Below, in pieces: positions 50,380 to 59,705 of a DNA stretch of 64,000 nt. Within the stretch, counting starts at the first letter, position 1. The number at the start of each line of letters is the position of its first letter. Under the pieces are notes generated by a model. It did not search any database, was not told the DNA's origin, and was given only the letters and a program-made list of their open reading frames with translations. A program made the translations under genes and the position numbers. Source of the stretch: Thermodesulfobacteriota bacterium (GTDB lineage: Bacteria > Desulfobacterota_D > UBA1144 > Nemesobacterales > JAJCZQ01); assembly GCA_965203965.1 (NCBI GenBank), contig CBDBDR010000017.1:1184001-1248000 (forward strand), given 5' to 3'.

Positions 50380-51657
50380 TTAATTGGTTATATGAGATTC
50401 TCTCAATTTTTTAGCAAACTCATTTTTCGGAACTAGATAGTAGAGCTTTCCCCAGTTTTTAATCACGCCTGAATGTCGACCTGCTTCTTTGCCTTTACCC
50501 CAGAACAGGTCTACCCTGTGTGTTCCTTTGATTGCCCCGCCAGTGTCCTGGTCCAGCACAAATCTTGAGGTTTCTTTCCACTCGCTCGGCTCGTTTGAAT
50601 ACTTATCGGGAAAAATAGGTTTGGGAAATTCCATATATGCAAATGTTCCCTTTGGATAAAATCTTCTATCTGTAGCTATGGTTCTGCCGTCCACAACTTT
50701 CGTGCCGAGATGCGTTATTGCCCTGCCTTCAATTTTTCTAAAGAAAATATAGCTTGGATTTTTATACAGTATTTTATTCATTTCCTCTTCGGGTAGGCTC
50801 CTTAGGTAATTTTTGAGACCGTGTGCAGTTATTTTTTCTCTCGGAATCCGGTCATAAAGTATCTTCCCAATACTGACATAGGGATGACCATTTTGAGCAG
50901 CATATCCAAGTGCAATTTCCTTGCCATTTTCAAATTTCACGACCCCAGATCCCTGTATATGCAGGAAGAAGGCATCAATTGGATCTACCCATGCCAGCTC
51001 AAGTGCTTTGCCTTTCAGAACGTTTTTATCGTCAATCTCTTCTCTGGTGTAGTAAGGAATAATGTTTTTACTTGTATCTTTGTGATAAGAAGGAGCAATC
51101 CGACCGGCAAGAATAGAAAGGCCATACTTGGGATTTATTACTTCATTTTTGATCGGCAAAAGCCTTTCTAGTTGTTCCACGTATTTTTTGAGATGAATAT
51201 TTACAAGGTCACTGGGTGTTGAATAGATCGGTTGGTTGTATTTCGGACTTCTCCGACTTGAACCTTTCAGCACAGGCTCATAATAAGAGGTTAATAAAAT
51301 CTCTCCCCATTTTTTGTTACCGTAAACCTCAAAAAAATCAAAATTGTCTGATATTATCTTGTAAAGTTCTTCCTTTGATAAGCCGGAGTGGATCTTTTTA
51401 GCTACATAATTGAGTGCAAAAATATAATCATCTCTATCAATCTGCTTTGGTCCAAACGTCAGGGATGTGATTTTTGATTTACGTAACTGCCTGATACTGT
51501 CTTCAATTCCTTTTGCTAACTCATCAAGAGGAAGATCATCTGAAAGGTTTGGGTGAGTTGGTACTTTACGCATAGCTTCTCTGGCATTTTCGGATGGACT
51601 CCGCGCGCATGAGGCTATCAAAAGGAAAAAAACAAACAGCATAAAAACAGTTCTCAT
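50380..51657 (-). CDS. mltA: Membrane-bound lytic transglycosylase A (lipoprotein)
   Basis: Lipobox IASC, TSYYEP, FFLHIQGSG, NGHPY, NPSYIFF, 3D domain DQDTGGAIKG..RVDLFWG. Confidence 0.92.
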   Translation of the reverse strand: MRTVFMLFVFFLLIASCARSPSENAREAMRKVPTHPNLSDDLPLDELAKGIEDSIRQLRKSKITSLTFGPKQIDRDDYIFALNYVAKKIHSGLSKEELYKIISDNFDFFEVYGNKKWGEILLTSYYEPVLKGSSRRSPKYNQPIYSTPSDLVNIHLKKYVEQLERLLPIKNEVINPKYGLSILAGRIAPSYHKDTSKNIIPYYTREEIDDKNVLKGKALELAWVDPIDAFFLHIQGSGVVKFENGKEIALGYAAQNGHPYVSIGKILYDRIPREKITAHGLKNYLRSLPEEEMNKILYKNPSYIFFRKIEGRAITHLGTKVVDGRTIATDRRFYPKGTFAYMEFPKPIFPDKYSNEPSEWKETSRFVLDQDTGGAIKGTHRVDLFWGKGKEAGRHSGVIKNWGKLYYLVPKNEFAKKLRESHITN

Positions 51658-51760
51658 GACGGTTAGGCTACAAACTTTATCTTAATAAACAAGGTTGTAT
51701 TTATAGAAAGCCAAATTAAACTGTATTTCCTTATACATAATAATGTTTTTCCTGCCTACT

Positions 51761-51789
51761 TTGAAAATTTTCATCTATACTGCTATAAT
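51761..51789 (+). promoter_or_regulatory. Near-consensus sigma70 promoter
   Basis: TTGAAA-N17-TATAAT with extended -10 TG. Confidence 0.65.
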
Positions 51790-51836
51790 GGCATCACATA
51801 ATCAAAGTAATAAAATATTTGTAGGAGGTTGTGCTA

Positions 51837-52100
51837 ATGAAATACTTTTTAGGTGTAGTGCTCAGTTTGTTGATTTTTACGTCCGTATCTTTTTCCCAAC
51901 AAATTACAGACTATCATTATAATCCTGGTGACGCTATACATCCGTTGAAGTTGACTTCAATGATAATGAGACCTCCTGTAGCATTGTTAAACATAGTGAT
52001 TGAAAAGGGATTTTACGGTCTACTGGGTAGCAAAGCAGCTGATAAAGCCCTTAATATTGAATATCCTTCTCATTCTTTTGGTATTGACAGCGATTACTAA
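51837..52100 (+). CDS. Small exported hypothetical protein (~87 aa)
   Basis: SD AGGAGG 8 nt before ATG 51837; signal peptide MKYFLGVVLSLLIFTSVSFS; own promoter and terminator. Confidence 0.8.
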   Translation: MKYFLGVVLSLLIFTSVSFSQQITDYHYNPGDAIHPLKLTSMIMRPPVALLNIVIEKGFYGLLGSKAADKALNIEYPSHSFGIDSDY

Positions 52101-52121
52101 TTTTTTACGGATATAGAGATT

Positions 52122-52153
52122 AAGGGACAGGTAATTGCCTGTCCCTTTTTTTT
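52122..52153 (+). terminator. Intrinsic terminator
   Basis: Stem AAGGGACAGGTA/TGCCTGTCCCTT running into a T8 tract. Confidence 0.9.
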
Positions 52154-52197
52154 AATTTATTCTGAAAAATATTTTCAATCACTTAGAATATATTTTA

Positions 52198-54030
52198 ATG
52201 GTTGAACTAAAAAAATCGCTTATCAAAAACATTCCGACGAAGACCGGCATATATCTGATGAAAAATGCCGTCGGTAAAACCATTTACATAGGGAAAGCAA
52301 AGAATATAAAAAGTAGGGTCGGTTCTTATTTTAACGTTGGAGATAACAACCCTCGTTTGGTTTCATTACTAAATGAGTTAGAGTTCATTGATTTTATTGT
52401 TACAAAGGATGAACGGGAGGCTTTAATACTTGAAAATTCGTTAATAAAAACTCATAGACCAAAATACAATATCAGGCTCAAAGACGATAAAAGCTATTCT
52501 TTTCTTGCATTGACCCTGAAAGACAATTTCCCGAGATTTGTTGCCATGAGGCGAGTTAGAGATGATGGGAGTTTATACTATGGTCCATTCGCAAGCAGCG
52601 GGGCACTTAAACAGACGAAGAGGCAAGTTAGCAAGTTGTTTGGCATAAGGGATTGCAGCGACAAAAAATTCAGTAGACACCGGCAAAGACCCTGTTTGAA
52701 CTATGATCTCCGCCTTTGCCTTGGTCCATGTGCTAAAAAGGTAGATCGGGAGACTTACATGGGTTCGGTAGACCGTGTCAGAATTATGTTGAACAGGGGC
52801 AGAAAAGATCTTGTTCGGGTATTGAAAAAAGAGATGAACAGATCTGCAAGGGAGGAGAGATTTGACGATGCGATAAGACTTCGTGATCAGGTAAAGACTC
52901 TTGAAAAGGATACTGAAGTTAGCAAGGTGTTATCATCAGATTTTGATGACAGAGACGTCTTATGCGTGCAAAAAAGACCTGATGGTTATGAAGTTGTAGT
53001 CTTGTTTTACAGATCTGGTTCAATTACCGACAGAGCAGAATACTCTTTTGATAATTTTCACCGTGATGAAAATGAATTAGCGCAACAGTTTATGAGTCGC
53101 TTTTATCATTCCGGAAGATACATTCCAAAGGAAATTTTGATAAACGTGAAAATAAATGCGTTAGATATATACAAGAAATGGCTTTGTGAAAAAAAAGGAA
53201 AGCAGGTGACGGTCATTATTCCCAAACAAGGGGCAAGGTCCAAGCTCCTTGAGCTTGCAAAGAGGAATGCAGATGAGAGCTACAAACGAAGACATGCAAT
53301 TCTTGAAGGTCTGAAGAATTCCCTTTCACTGAAAAAATTACCTAAAACGATAGAGTGCTTTGATGTTTCAAACATACAGGGGAAAAGTGTTGTAGCGTCC
53401 CTTGTGAGATTCTCAGTTGGAAAACCGGATAAGAGCAGATATAGACGATACAAGGTTACGTCAATTTCTTCGCCTGATGACTTCAAAAGTTTATCTCAAG
53501 TTTTAACTAGAAGATTTGCAAGAAAAAACCAAAATAATTGGGAGCTCCCAGACTTGATTATTATTGACGGTGGTAAAGGTCAATTAAGCACCGCTGCTAA
53601 GGTTATGAAACTTATGAATTTAGACCATGTAGACCTCATCTCCATTGCCAAAGACAAATCAAACAAAGACAATGCCAATTCAGTCGAATTTGTATCGCAG
53701 GGGCGGGAGTCAAGGAGACAGGACAAGGTATATGTTATTGGGGAAAAAACGGCTCGAGACTTAGGGGATAATCGGGAAGTTTTATATTATTTGATGAGGA
53801 TAAGAGATGAGGCTCACAGGGTAGCAGTATCTTATCATCGGCGAGACCGGTCAAAGGAATTATTCGCCTCGGGGCTTGATGGGGTACCAGGAGTTGGCAA
53901 AAAGAGAAAGATGACGTTGCTGTCGCACTTTGGGAGCATGAGCAAGGTGAAGAAGGCACCGGTAGAAGTTCTTTCAACGCTGCCGGGGATAACAAGGAAA
54001 GTAGCATTGGAGATTAAAAGGCATCTTTAG
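52198..54030 (+). CDS. uvrC: Excinuclease ABC subunit C
   Basis: GIY..YIGKAKN, PKYNI.LKDDK, Cys cluster, IECFDVSN, IIDGGKGQ, IRDEAHR, HhH GVGKKR. Confidence 0.96.
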   Translation: MVELKKSLIKNIPTKTGIYLMKNAVGKTIYIGKAKNIKSRVGSYFNVGDNNPRLVSLLNELEFIDFIVTKDEREALILENSLIKTHRPKYNIRLKDDKSYSFLALTLKDNFPRFVAMRRVRDDGSLYYGPFASSGALKQTKRQVSKLFGIRDCSDKKFSRHRQRPCLNYDLRLCLGPCAKKVDRETYMGSVDRVRIMLNRGRKDLVRVLKKEMNRSAREERFDDAIRLRDQVKTLEKDTEVSKVLSSDFDDRDVLCVQKRPDGYEVVVLFYRSGSITDRAEYSFDNFHRDENELAQQFMSRFYHSGRYIPKEILINVKINALDIYKKWLCEKKGKQVTVIIPKQGARSKLLELAKRNADESYKRRHAILEGLKNSLSLKKLPKTIECFDVSNIQGKSVVASLVRFSVGKPDKSRYRRYKVTSISSPDDFKSLSQVLTRRFARKNQNNWELPDLIIIDGGKGQLSTAAKVMKLMNLDHVDLISIAKDKSNKDNANSVEFVSQGRESRRQDKVYVIGEKTARDLGDNREVLYYLMRIRDEAHRVAVSYHRRDRSKELFASGLDGVPGVGKKRKMTLLSHFGSMSKVKKAPVEVLSTLPGITRKVALEIKRHL

Positions 54031-54118
54031 AGCTAACTTTTATTTTTTCACCATCGTTTCACTCTCGCTCGCTCTATCGCCGATGGAACTTTTAAGGTAG
54101 GTGAGAAACTTAAGTAAC

Positions 54119-55039
54119 TTACTTAACAAAATGCTCTAAGATAGCTTGAGCGGAGTAGAGTTTATTTTCTGCTTGCCGGAATACAATAGAGTTTTTGCTG
54201 TGCAGGACTTCGTCAGTGATCTCCTCTCCTCTGTGTGCAGGGAGGCAGTGCATGATCAGGGGGTTATTTTTAGAGGCTTTTAGGAGGACAGAATTGAGCT
54301 GGAAGTTTTGGAAGGATTGGAGCTTTTGACTTTTATTGACTTTGTTAGTAGGTCTTGCCATACTGACCCAGACGTCCGTATAGATAACGTCTGCTTTTAT
54401 GACGGCGGCTTTAGGGTCATTAGTGATCTTGACGTTGGTGTGTAGGGAGATTTTTGGTTCATAGCCCTTTGGGCATGCGATGGTGAGTTCAAAGCCCAAG
54501 ATTTCAGAAGCTGCTATAAGAGAGTTGGTGACGTTATTCGGATCACCCAAGTAGGTTAGCCTGAAGCTATTTAGGTTAATTTTCTTTTCGCTTGCCTGAC
54601 GGCTCTCCAATATGGTGAATAGGTCCGAGACTATCTGCGTTGGATGTTCCGCGTCGGTGAGACCATTAATTACAGGCACTTTAGAGTGTTGTGCAAAAGT
54701 GTTGAGGCGTTGCTGTTCGTAGGTTCTGATGATGATGGCGTGTAGGTAGGAGGATAGGACTTTTGCAGTGTCGGCGATGGTTTCGTTCCTGTCCAGTTGA
54801 GTGTCGTTTGGGTCAATGTAGATGGCACCCATGCCGAGGCGATGGGCAGCGACTTGGAAGGCAACCCTTGTCCGTGTTGACTTTTTGTCAAAGAGCATTG
54901 CGACAGTAGCTGCGTGCAGGCGGTTGGTGGTTCTTTTTGCGTTTTTGAAGTCACCAGTGCGTTGAATTAAGTGCAATAGATCGCTTTTTGATAGGTCATT
55001 TAGTTTTAGTAAGTGCTTTGGTTTATGTAAGTTATCCAC
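54119..55039 (-). CDS. argF: Ornithine carbamoyltransferase
   Basis: STRTR, HPTQ, YTDVWVSM, MHCLPAHRG, QAENK; GTG start. Confidence 0.95.
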   Translation of the reverse strand: MDNLHKPKHLLKLNDLSKSDLLHLIQRTGDFKNAKRTTNRLHAATVAMLFDKKSTRTRVAFQVAAHRLGMGAIYIDPNDTQLDRNETIADTAKVLSSYLHAIIIRTYEQQRLNTFAQHSKVPVINGLTDAEHPTQIVSDLFTILESRQASEKKINLNSFRLTYLGDPNNVTNSLIAASEILGFELTIACPKGYEPKISLHTNVKITNDPKAAVIKADVIYTDVWVSMARPTNKVNKSQKLQSFQNFQLNSVLLKASKNNPLIMHCLPAHRGEEITDEVLHSKNSIVFRQAENKLYSAQAILEHFVK

Positions 55040-55052
55040 AGGTTATCCACAG
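55031..55052. promoter_or_regulatory. Tandem perfect DnaA boxes (11-bp direct repeat)
   Basis: GTTATCCACAG x2; TTATCCACA at 55032-55040 and 55043-55051, overlapping the argF start and argD stop. Confidence 0.65.
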
Positions 55053-56257
55053 GCTCCTTTAACTTCTTTTTCAATTATTCGTAGGGCAAAGTCTATTTCT
55101 TCTTTGGAGATGATGAGCGGGGGAAGTATTCTCATGACAGTGTCGGCAGTGCGTATGGTGAGCAATCCGCTATCAATGCACTTGCTGATAACTTCTTGTG
55201 CCAGTTCTTTAGTTCGCAGTTGGATGCCGATCATAAGTCCCACGCCCCTAACATCTGCAATAACGCTTGGGTAATTGTTTTGTATTTCTGTTAGTTTTTT
55301 GATGAAGTATTGCCCGTGATGCCGGATTTTGCTGAGCAAGGTTTGGTTGTTAATGATCTTCATAACGGCAAGTCCACAACTGGTAGCAAGAGGATTACCA
55401 CCGAAAGTTGAGCCATGCGAGCCACGTGGCACTGCAGTTGTCACTTTGTTGCTCAACAGGACTGCACCGCAGGGAACTCCGCCTCCGAGACCTTTGGCAA
55501 GTGCCATTATGTCCGGCACGATGCCCTCGTGCTGATAAGCAAATAGTTGTCCGGTTCTCCCCATGCCCGTTTGCACCTCGTCAAGTATCAAAAGCACCTT
55601 ATGCCTGTTGCAATGCTCTCTGACCTCACCCAAATACCCACTGGGCGGAACGATGACGCCGTTCTCCCCCTGCACAGGCTCAAGCATCACGGCACAAAAA
55701 TCAGCAGACTTATTAAGCCTATCACCCACAGCGTCCGCGTCCCCGTAGTCAACAAACTCAAAGCCTTGCAGTAAAGGCTCAAAGCCCGACCGATAGCACC
55801 TTGTGCCAGTGGCGCTGAGTGCTCCAAACGTCCGCCCGTGAAAGGAACCATGAGTTGCAAGTATCTTGTGCCTTGCACCGTTAGCCTTGCCCCATAGCCT
55901 TGCAAACTTTATGGCACCCTCTATTGCCTCGGTGCCTGAATTGCAGAAAAATACTTTGCCTGACAGCATTGCAGAGCCGTCGGATGCCTCTACTAACTCC
56001 CTTGCCAGCTTTGCCTGCGACCCTATGTAAAACAGGTTGGAACTGTGCACTATTCGCTCGCTCGCCACCCTTATTGCCTCCTGCAGGGCTTTATGCGAGT
56101 GCCCTAAACAGCTCGTTCCTATCCCCGATGTAAGGTCAAGTAGCTTTTTGCCCTGATCACTCCATATCCAACACCCCTTGCCCCTCTCCACCACCGCAGG
56201 AATCCGATCATAAGTTCGGAGTATGTAGCGATCTGTGAGTTCTGCAACACCTGTCAC
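55043..56257 (-). CDS. argD: Acetylornithine aminotransferase
   Basis: FCNSGTEA, FHGRT, EPVQGE, DEVQTG, LAKGLGGG, HGSTFGGNP; lies between argB and argF. Confidence 0.93.
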   Translation of the reverse strand: MTGVAELTDRYILRTYDRIPAVVERGKGCWIWSDQGKKLLDLTSGIGTSCLGHSHKALQEAIRVASERIVHSSNLFYIGSQAKLARELVEASDGSAMLSGKVFFCNSGTEAIEGAIKFARLWGKANGARHKILATHGSFHGRTFGALSATGTRCYRSGFEPLLQGFEFVDYGDADAVGDRLNKSADFCAVMLEPVQGENGVIVPPSGYLGEVREHCNRHKVLLILDEVQTGMGRTGQLFAYQHEGIVPDIMALAKGLGGGVPCGAVLLSNKVTTAVPRGSHGSTFGGNPLATSCGLAVMKIINNQTLLSKIRHHGQYFIKKLTEIQNNYPSVIADVRGVGLMIGIQLRTKELAQEVISKCIDSGLLTIRTADTVMRILPPLIISKEEIDFALRIIEKEVKGACG

Positions 56258-57165
56258 AGCGTTATCTCCGTCCCAATACCAGCATCCGTAAAAAGCTCAA
56301 GCAGCAGTGCTCGCTCCTTATGTCCATTGATCACGTGGACCTTCTCAACCCCTTCATGCAATGCATCAAGGGCACAGGTTACTTTCGGTATCATCCCCTG
56401 TGAGATAATCCCTGTTCTCATCAACTCCCGAGCTTCTGTCTCGGTCAGCGAGCTGATCAGTTCCTTGTTTTCATCCAAAATCCCCGCAACGTTCGTTAGC
56501 ATTATCAAACGGGATGCTTGCAATGCCCCTGCCATCTGGCTTGCCACATGGTCTGCATTTATGTTGTATGTCTTGCCTCCCTCATCAATACCGATTGGTG
56601 CGATCACCGGTATGTAGCCCATGTCCCCCTCATGCTTGCAGCTGGTGCTTGCTCCAGCAAGCCTTCTGATCACATCACAATCTATCCTTGCCACTTCTCC
56701 CACCATGCCAAGATCCGTCCCCTGTGGTATTTCAAGCCCACTTTGCCTTGCCAAACGCTCCATATCTATCTTTCTTGCCTTTATTAACCCTCCGCCTTTC
56801 CCCGATAGACCTACTGCCTTGCCTCCATGACGATTTATTGCCGTTATGATCTCTTGATTCACTTTCCCCATAAGGACCATCTCCACCACCTTTATCGTCT
56901 TTGCGTCTGTTACTCGCTGCCCAGCTATTGTTTCTGTCTCTATATTTTGTTCCGCAAGATTCTCGGCGATCTGAACACCACCGCCATGCACCACCACTGG
57001 TTTGATACCAACATATACGCAATACAGCAGGTCTTCAGCAAATGCGGATAGGTCTTTTTGCCCAATACTGCCGCCATATTTTATCACCACGGTCTTGCCG
57101 TGAAACTGCTTTATATACGGCAGGGCTTCAACCAAAGTTTGTGCTTTGTTTACAAGATGTTTCAT
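56254..57165 (-). CDS. argB: Acetylglutamate kinase
   Basis: LVEALPYI, VIKYGG, VHGGG, NINAD, GMIPK, ELFTD.GIGT; GTGA overlap with argD. Confidence 0.96.
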   Translation of the reverse strand: MKHLVNKAQTLVEALPYIKQFHGKTVVIKYGGSIGQKDLSAFAEDLLYCVYVGIKPVVVHGGGVQIAENLAEQNIETETIAGQRVTDAKTIKVVEMVLMGKVNQEIITAINRHGGKAVGLSGKGGGLIKARKIDMERLARQSGLEIPQGTDLGMVGEVARIDCDVIRRLAGASTSCKHEGDMGYIPVIAPIGIDEGGKTYNINADHVASQMAGALQASRLIMLTNVAGILDENKELISSLTETEARELMRTGIISQGMIPKVTCALDALHEGVEKVHVINGHKERALLLELFTDAGIGTEITL

Positions 57166-57221
57166 TATGATCTTTTGATAGATAGAAGGAAATTAAGTAT
57201 ATAATAGTTTAAAGTTATCAA

Positions 57222-58841
57222 ATGAAAAGAGTATTAACCCCATTTTATATAATATTATTTTTCTGTCTGCCAATTACGGCTGAGTTTGCATCCTCGCAGA
57301 AAATACTCAATCTATCGTTGGAAGATGCCAAAATAATGGTGCTTGAAAACAACAGGGATATTGAGATACAGAGGCAGAACATAAACTTTGCTGAAGGGAA
57401 TGTGGAAAAAGAAAAAGGGGCTTTTGATCCGGTCTTCAATCTGTCGTCTTTGTATTCCGATTCACAATCCCCAGTTGCGAGTGCATTGATCCAAAGCGGT
57501 AGTCTGAGAGAGAAGGAGTTCAACATTGAGAGCAGTATTTCGGGCAGATTATCAACGGGAACTTTTTATGACCTGTATAATTTTTCTGTTTCAAGAAGAG
57601 TATCTGATTCTCCAGTTCAATCCTTGAGCCCGAGTTTGTCGACGTCTTTGGGTTTCAGCATAGGTCAAGAGTTGTTGAAAAATTTTGGCAGAGACACCAA
57701 CAATGCAAAGCTGTTTGTTGCCAGAAAAAATCTGGAACAAACCGTAGTACAACTTGAACGAACTGTATCGGGTGTTTTGTTTGATATTGAAAGAGATTAC
57801 TGGGGTCTGGTTGCTTCCATGCAAAACTTAGAACTTGAGAAAAAAGCACTGGAACTGGCAGAGGATCTTGAACGAAGGAACACTGTGGAAGTTGAAGTTG
57901 GCACTCTTCCATCTGTTGCCATAACTCAGGCAAGAGCGGAAGTTGCTCTCAGAAAAGTTGCTCTTATAAACGCAGAAAATTCACTGGAAAGAGCAAAAGA
58001 CAAACTGAAAAATGCCCTTGTTCTACCCTATAACATGGATATTGTGACGACTGAAGAACCTAAAACCTATAGAGAATCTAATATAAATGGTAGCTCCAGC
58101 ATTGCAGGATTGCCTGCTTCGCATGAATCATTAGCTTTGGAAACTGCATTTAAAAACAGGACAGAGCTTGCTGAAGCTCTACATGATATAGAAAAGGGCA
58201 AGCGTTTAAAAAAGTTTTACTCAAACCAGAGGCTGCCAAGTCTCAAGGTGGGAGCTCTTTTTCGTTTGCAGGGTCTTGGAGGAAAAGAAAATACAGATCG
58301 TCTGTCGTTCGGTGGCTCTACAAGTTCAATACCGGGCGATTTTACAGGACAATCAAAAGGTTTTCAAACTCTTATAGATAGAGATTACCCCGGCTGGTCA
58401 GTGGTGGGTGTATTAAGTTACCCCTTGCTCAACAGGTCTGCTAAAGGAGATTATATACAGACCGTTGCCGACCTCAACAGGCGATTGATCAATTACAAGA
58501 AGATAAAGGAACGAATAGAGTTTGAGGTGAGGGATGCTTTTAGGGAGGTCAGGAACAGTCTGAAAAAGATAGATGCTTCCACAAAAGCCGTGGAGCTTGC
58601 CGAAGAAGTGGTCAGGAACGATGAAGAAAGGTTGAAAGTTGGTATTGCCACCACCAGAGAAGTGCTTGAATCACAGCGCGACCTAATTGACGCACAAACA
58701 GCACGGATTGAAGCGATCACTCAATACAACATCTCCATCGCTGCTCTTGAAAAAGCTAAGGGAACTTTGCTGTTGAAAAACAACATTGTAATCAGGGACG
58801 GCAATTTTAAGGGAGATTATTCAATAAAAACCTCAAAATAG
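57222..58841 (+). CDS. TolC-family outer membrane protein
   Basis: Signal peptide, LSLEDA...LENN, two OEP-like helical repeats, G..TTREVL..Q..L, LEKAKG. Confidence 0.88.
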   Translation: MKRVLTPFYIILFFCLPITAEFASSQKILNLSLEDAKIMVLENNRDIEIQRQNINFAEGNVEKEKGAFDPVFNLSSLYSDSQSPVASALIQSGSLREKEFNIESSISGRLSTGTFYDLYNFSVSRRVSDSPVQSLSPSLSTSLGFSIGQELLKNFGRDTNNAKLFVARKNLEQTVVQLERTVSGVLFDIERDYWGLVASMQNLELEKKALELAEDLERRNTVEVEVGTLPSVAITQARAEVALRKVALINAENSLERAKDKLKNALVLPYNMDIVTTEEPKTYRESNINGSSSIAGLPASHESLALETAFKNRTELAEALHDIEKGKRLKKFYSNQRLPSLKVGALFRLQGLGGKENTDRLSFGGSTSSIPGDFTGQSKGFQTLIDRDYPGWSVVGVLSYPLLNRSAKGDYIQTVADLNRRLINYKKIKERIEFEVRDAFREVRNSLKKIDASTKAVELAEEVVRNDEERLKVGIATTREVLESQRDLIDAQTARIEAITQYNISIAALEKAKGTLLLKNNIVIRDGNFKGDYSIKTSK

Positions 58842-58942
58842 ATAAGAAAGCACTCAATTAATTACTGCAACAAAATATAAGTTCAGTTACAAGGTTACAT
58901 AAAGAGTGCTTCTTACCAATCTTAAGGGTTTAACAATAACAC

Positions 58943-59632
58943 TTACTGACAATCAGAATCATCATCATTTAGCGTATCAATAAAATCCCCTACATCTTCG
59001 TCATCTACCAGTTCTAAAAAAGGTAGGTCGCTTACCTGTGTTACTTCACATGCGCCACTTGTGAAGGTAAATCTATCAGCAGAACTAGAATCTGATGCAA
59101 CAGGGGTGTTAATAGTCAGGGCGTCCTGATTTGGAGTAAATTGTATCTCAACATTATCGGGATCAAATCCTATTTCATTTGTATCAAAATCCCTTTCCTC
59201 ATCAAGGTCTTTCCAAACCACAGTGCTACTATCTTGCGACGATGGGTCGGTGACAAGAATGCCAACGAGTTGACCTTCTTGTTGATTTTGGCTTGCTTCT
59301 ATACACGCAACAAAAGCGTTGTCATCACCCAAAAATCCACTAAATGCATCAGGAATAGCCCCAAAAAGGCTTGTTATACAACTGTCTGAAACTGATGAAA
59401 TAACTCCACAGGTTGTATTTCCGCTTACAAACACGCTAGGTTGTTTTGGAGAACCTTCGTCAAGTGCTGAACCAGGACACACGGTTTGAGATTCAAGAGT
59501 AATAACAGTAGGAGCAGGAGGAGTAGTAGTAGACCCTCCGTCATCTCCGCCGCCGCCACCACCACATCCAAAGGTTAAGAACAAGATAAACAGCATTCCT
59601 AAGAATGAATTCCTTTTTGATATTTTAATCAT
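58943..59632 (-). CDS. Acidic Cys-rich lipoprotein of unknown function
   Basis: SD GGAGGT 8 nt before ATG 59632; lipobox LTFG-C followed by a GGGGGGDDGGSTTTPPAP linker. Confidence 0.8.
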   Translation of the reverse strand: MIKISKRNSFLGMLFILFLTFGCGGGGGGDDGGSTTTPPAPTVITLESQTVCPGSALDEGSPKQPSVFVSGNTTCGVISSVSDSCITSLFGAIPDAFSGFLGDDNAFVACIEASQNQQEGQLVGILVTDPSSQDSSTVVWKDLDEERDFDTNEIGFDPDNVEIQFTPNQDALTINTPVASDSSSADRFTFTSGACEVTQVSDLPFLELVDDEDVGDFIDTLNDDDSDCQ

Positions 59633-59705
59633 GGGTTGCAACCTCCTTTGTATATAAAAATTGGTTTTGAAAGGTAACTATATACAATTTACCTGTCAAG
59701 AGTTT

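Noticed and set aside
55006..55033. dif-like site (TTATGTAAGTT resembles a XerD arm) next to the DnaA boxes
   Set aside because: No XerC arm ending in ATAA at 6-nt spacing, so a dif site is not supported.
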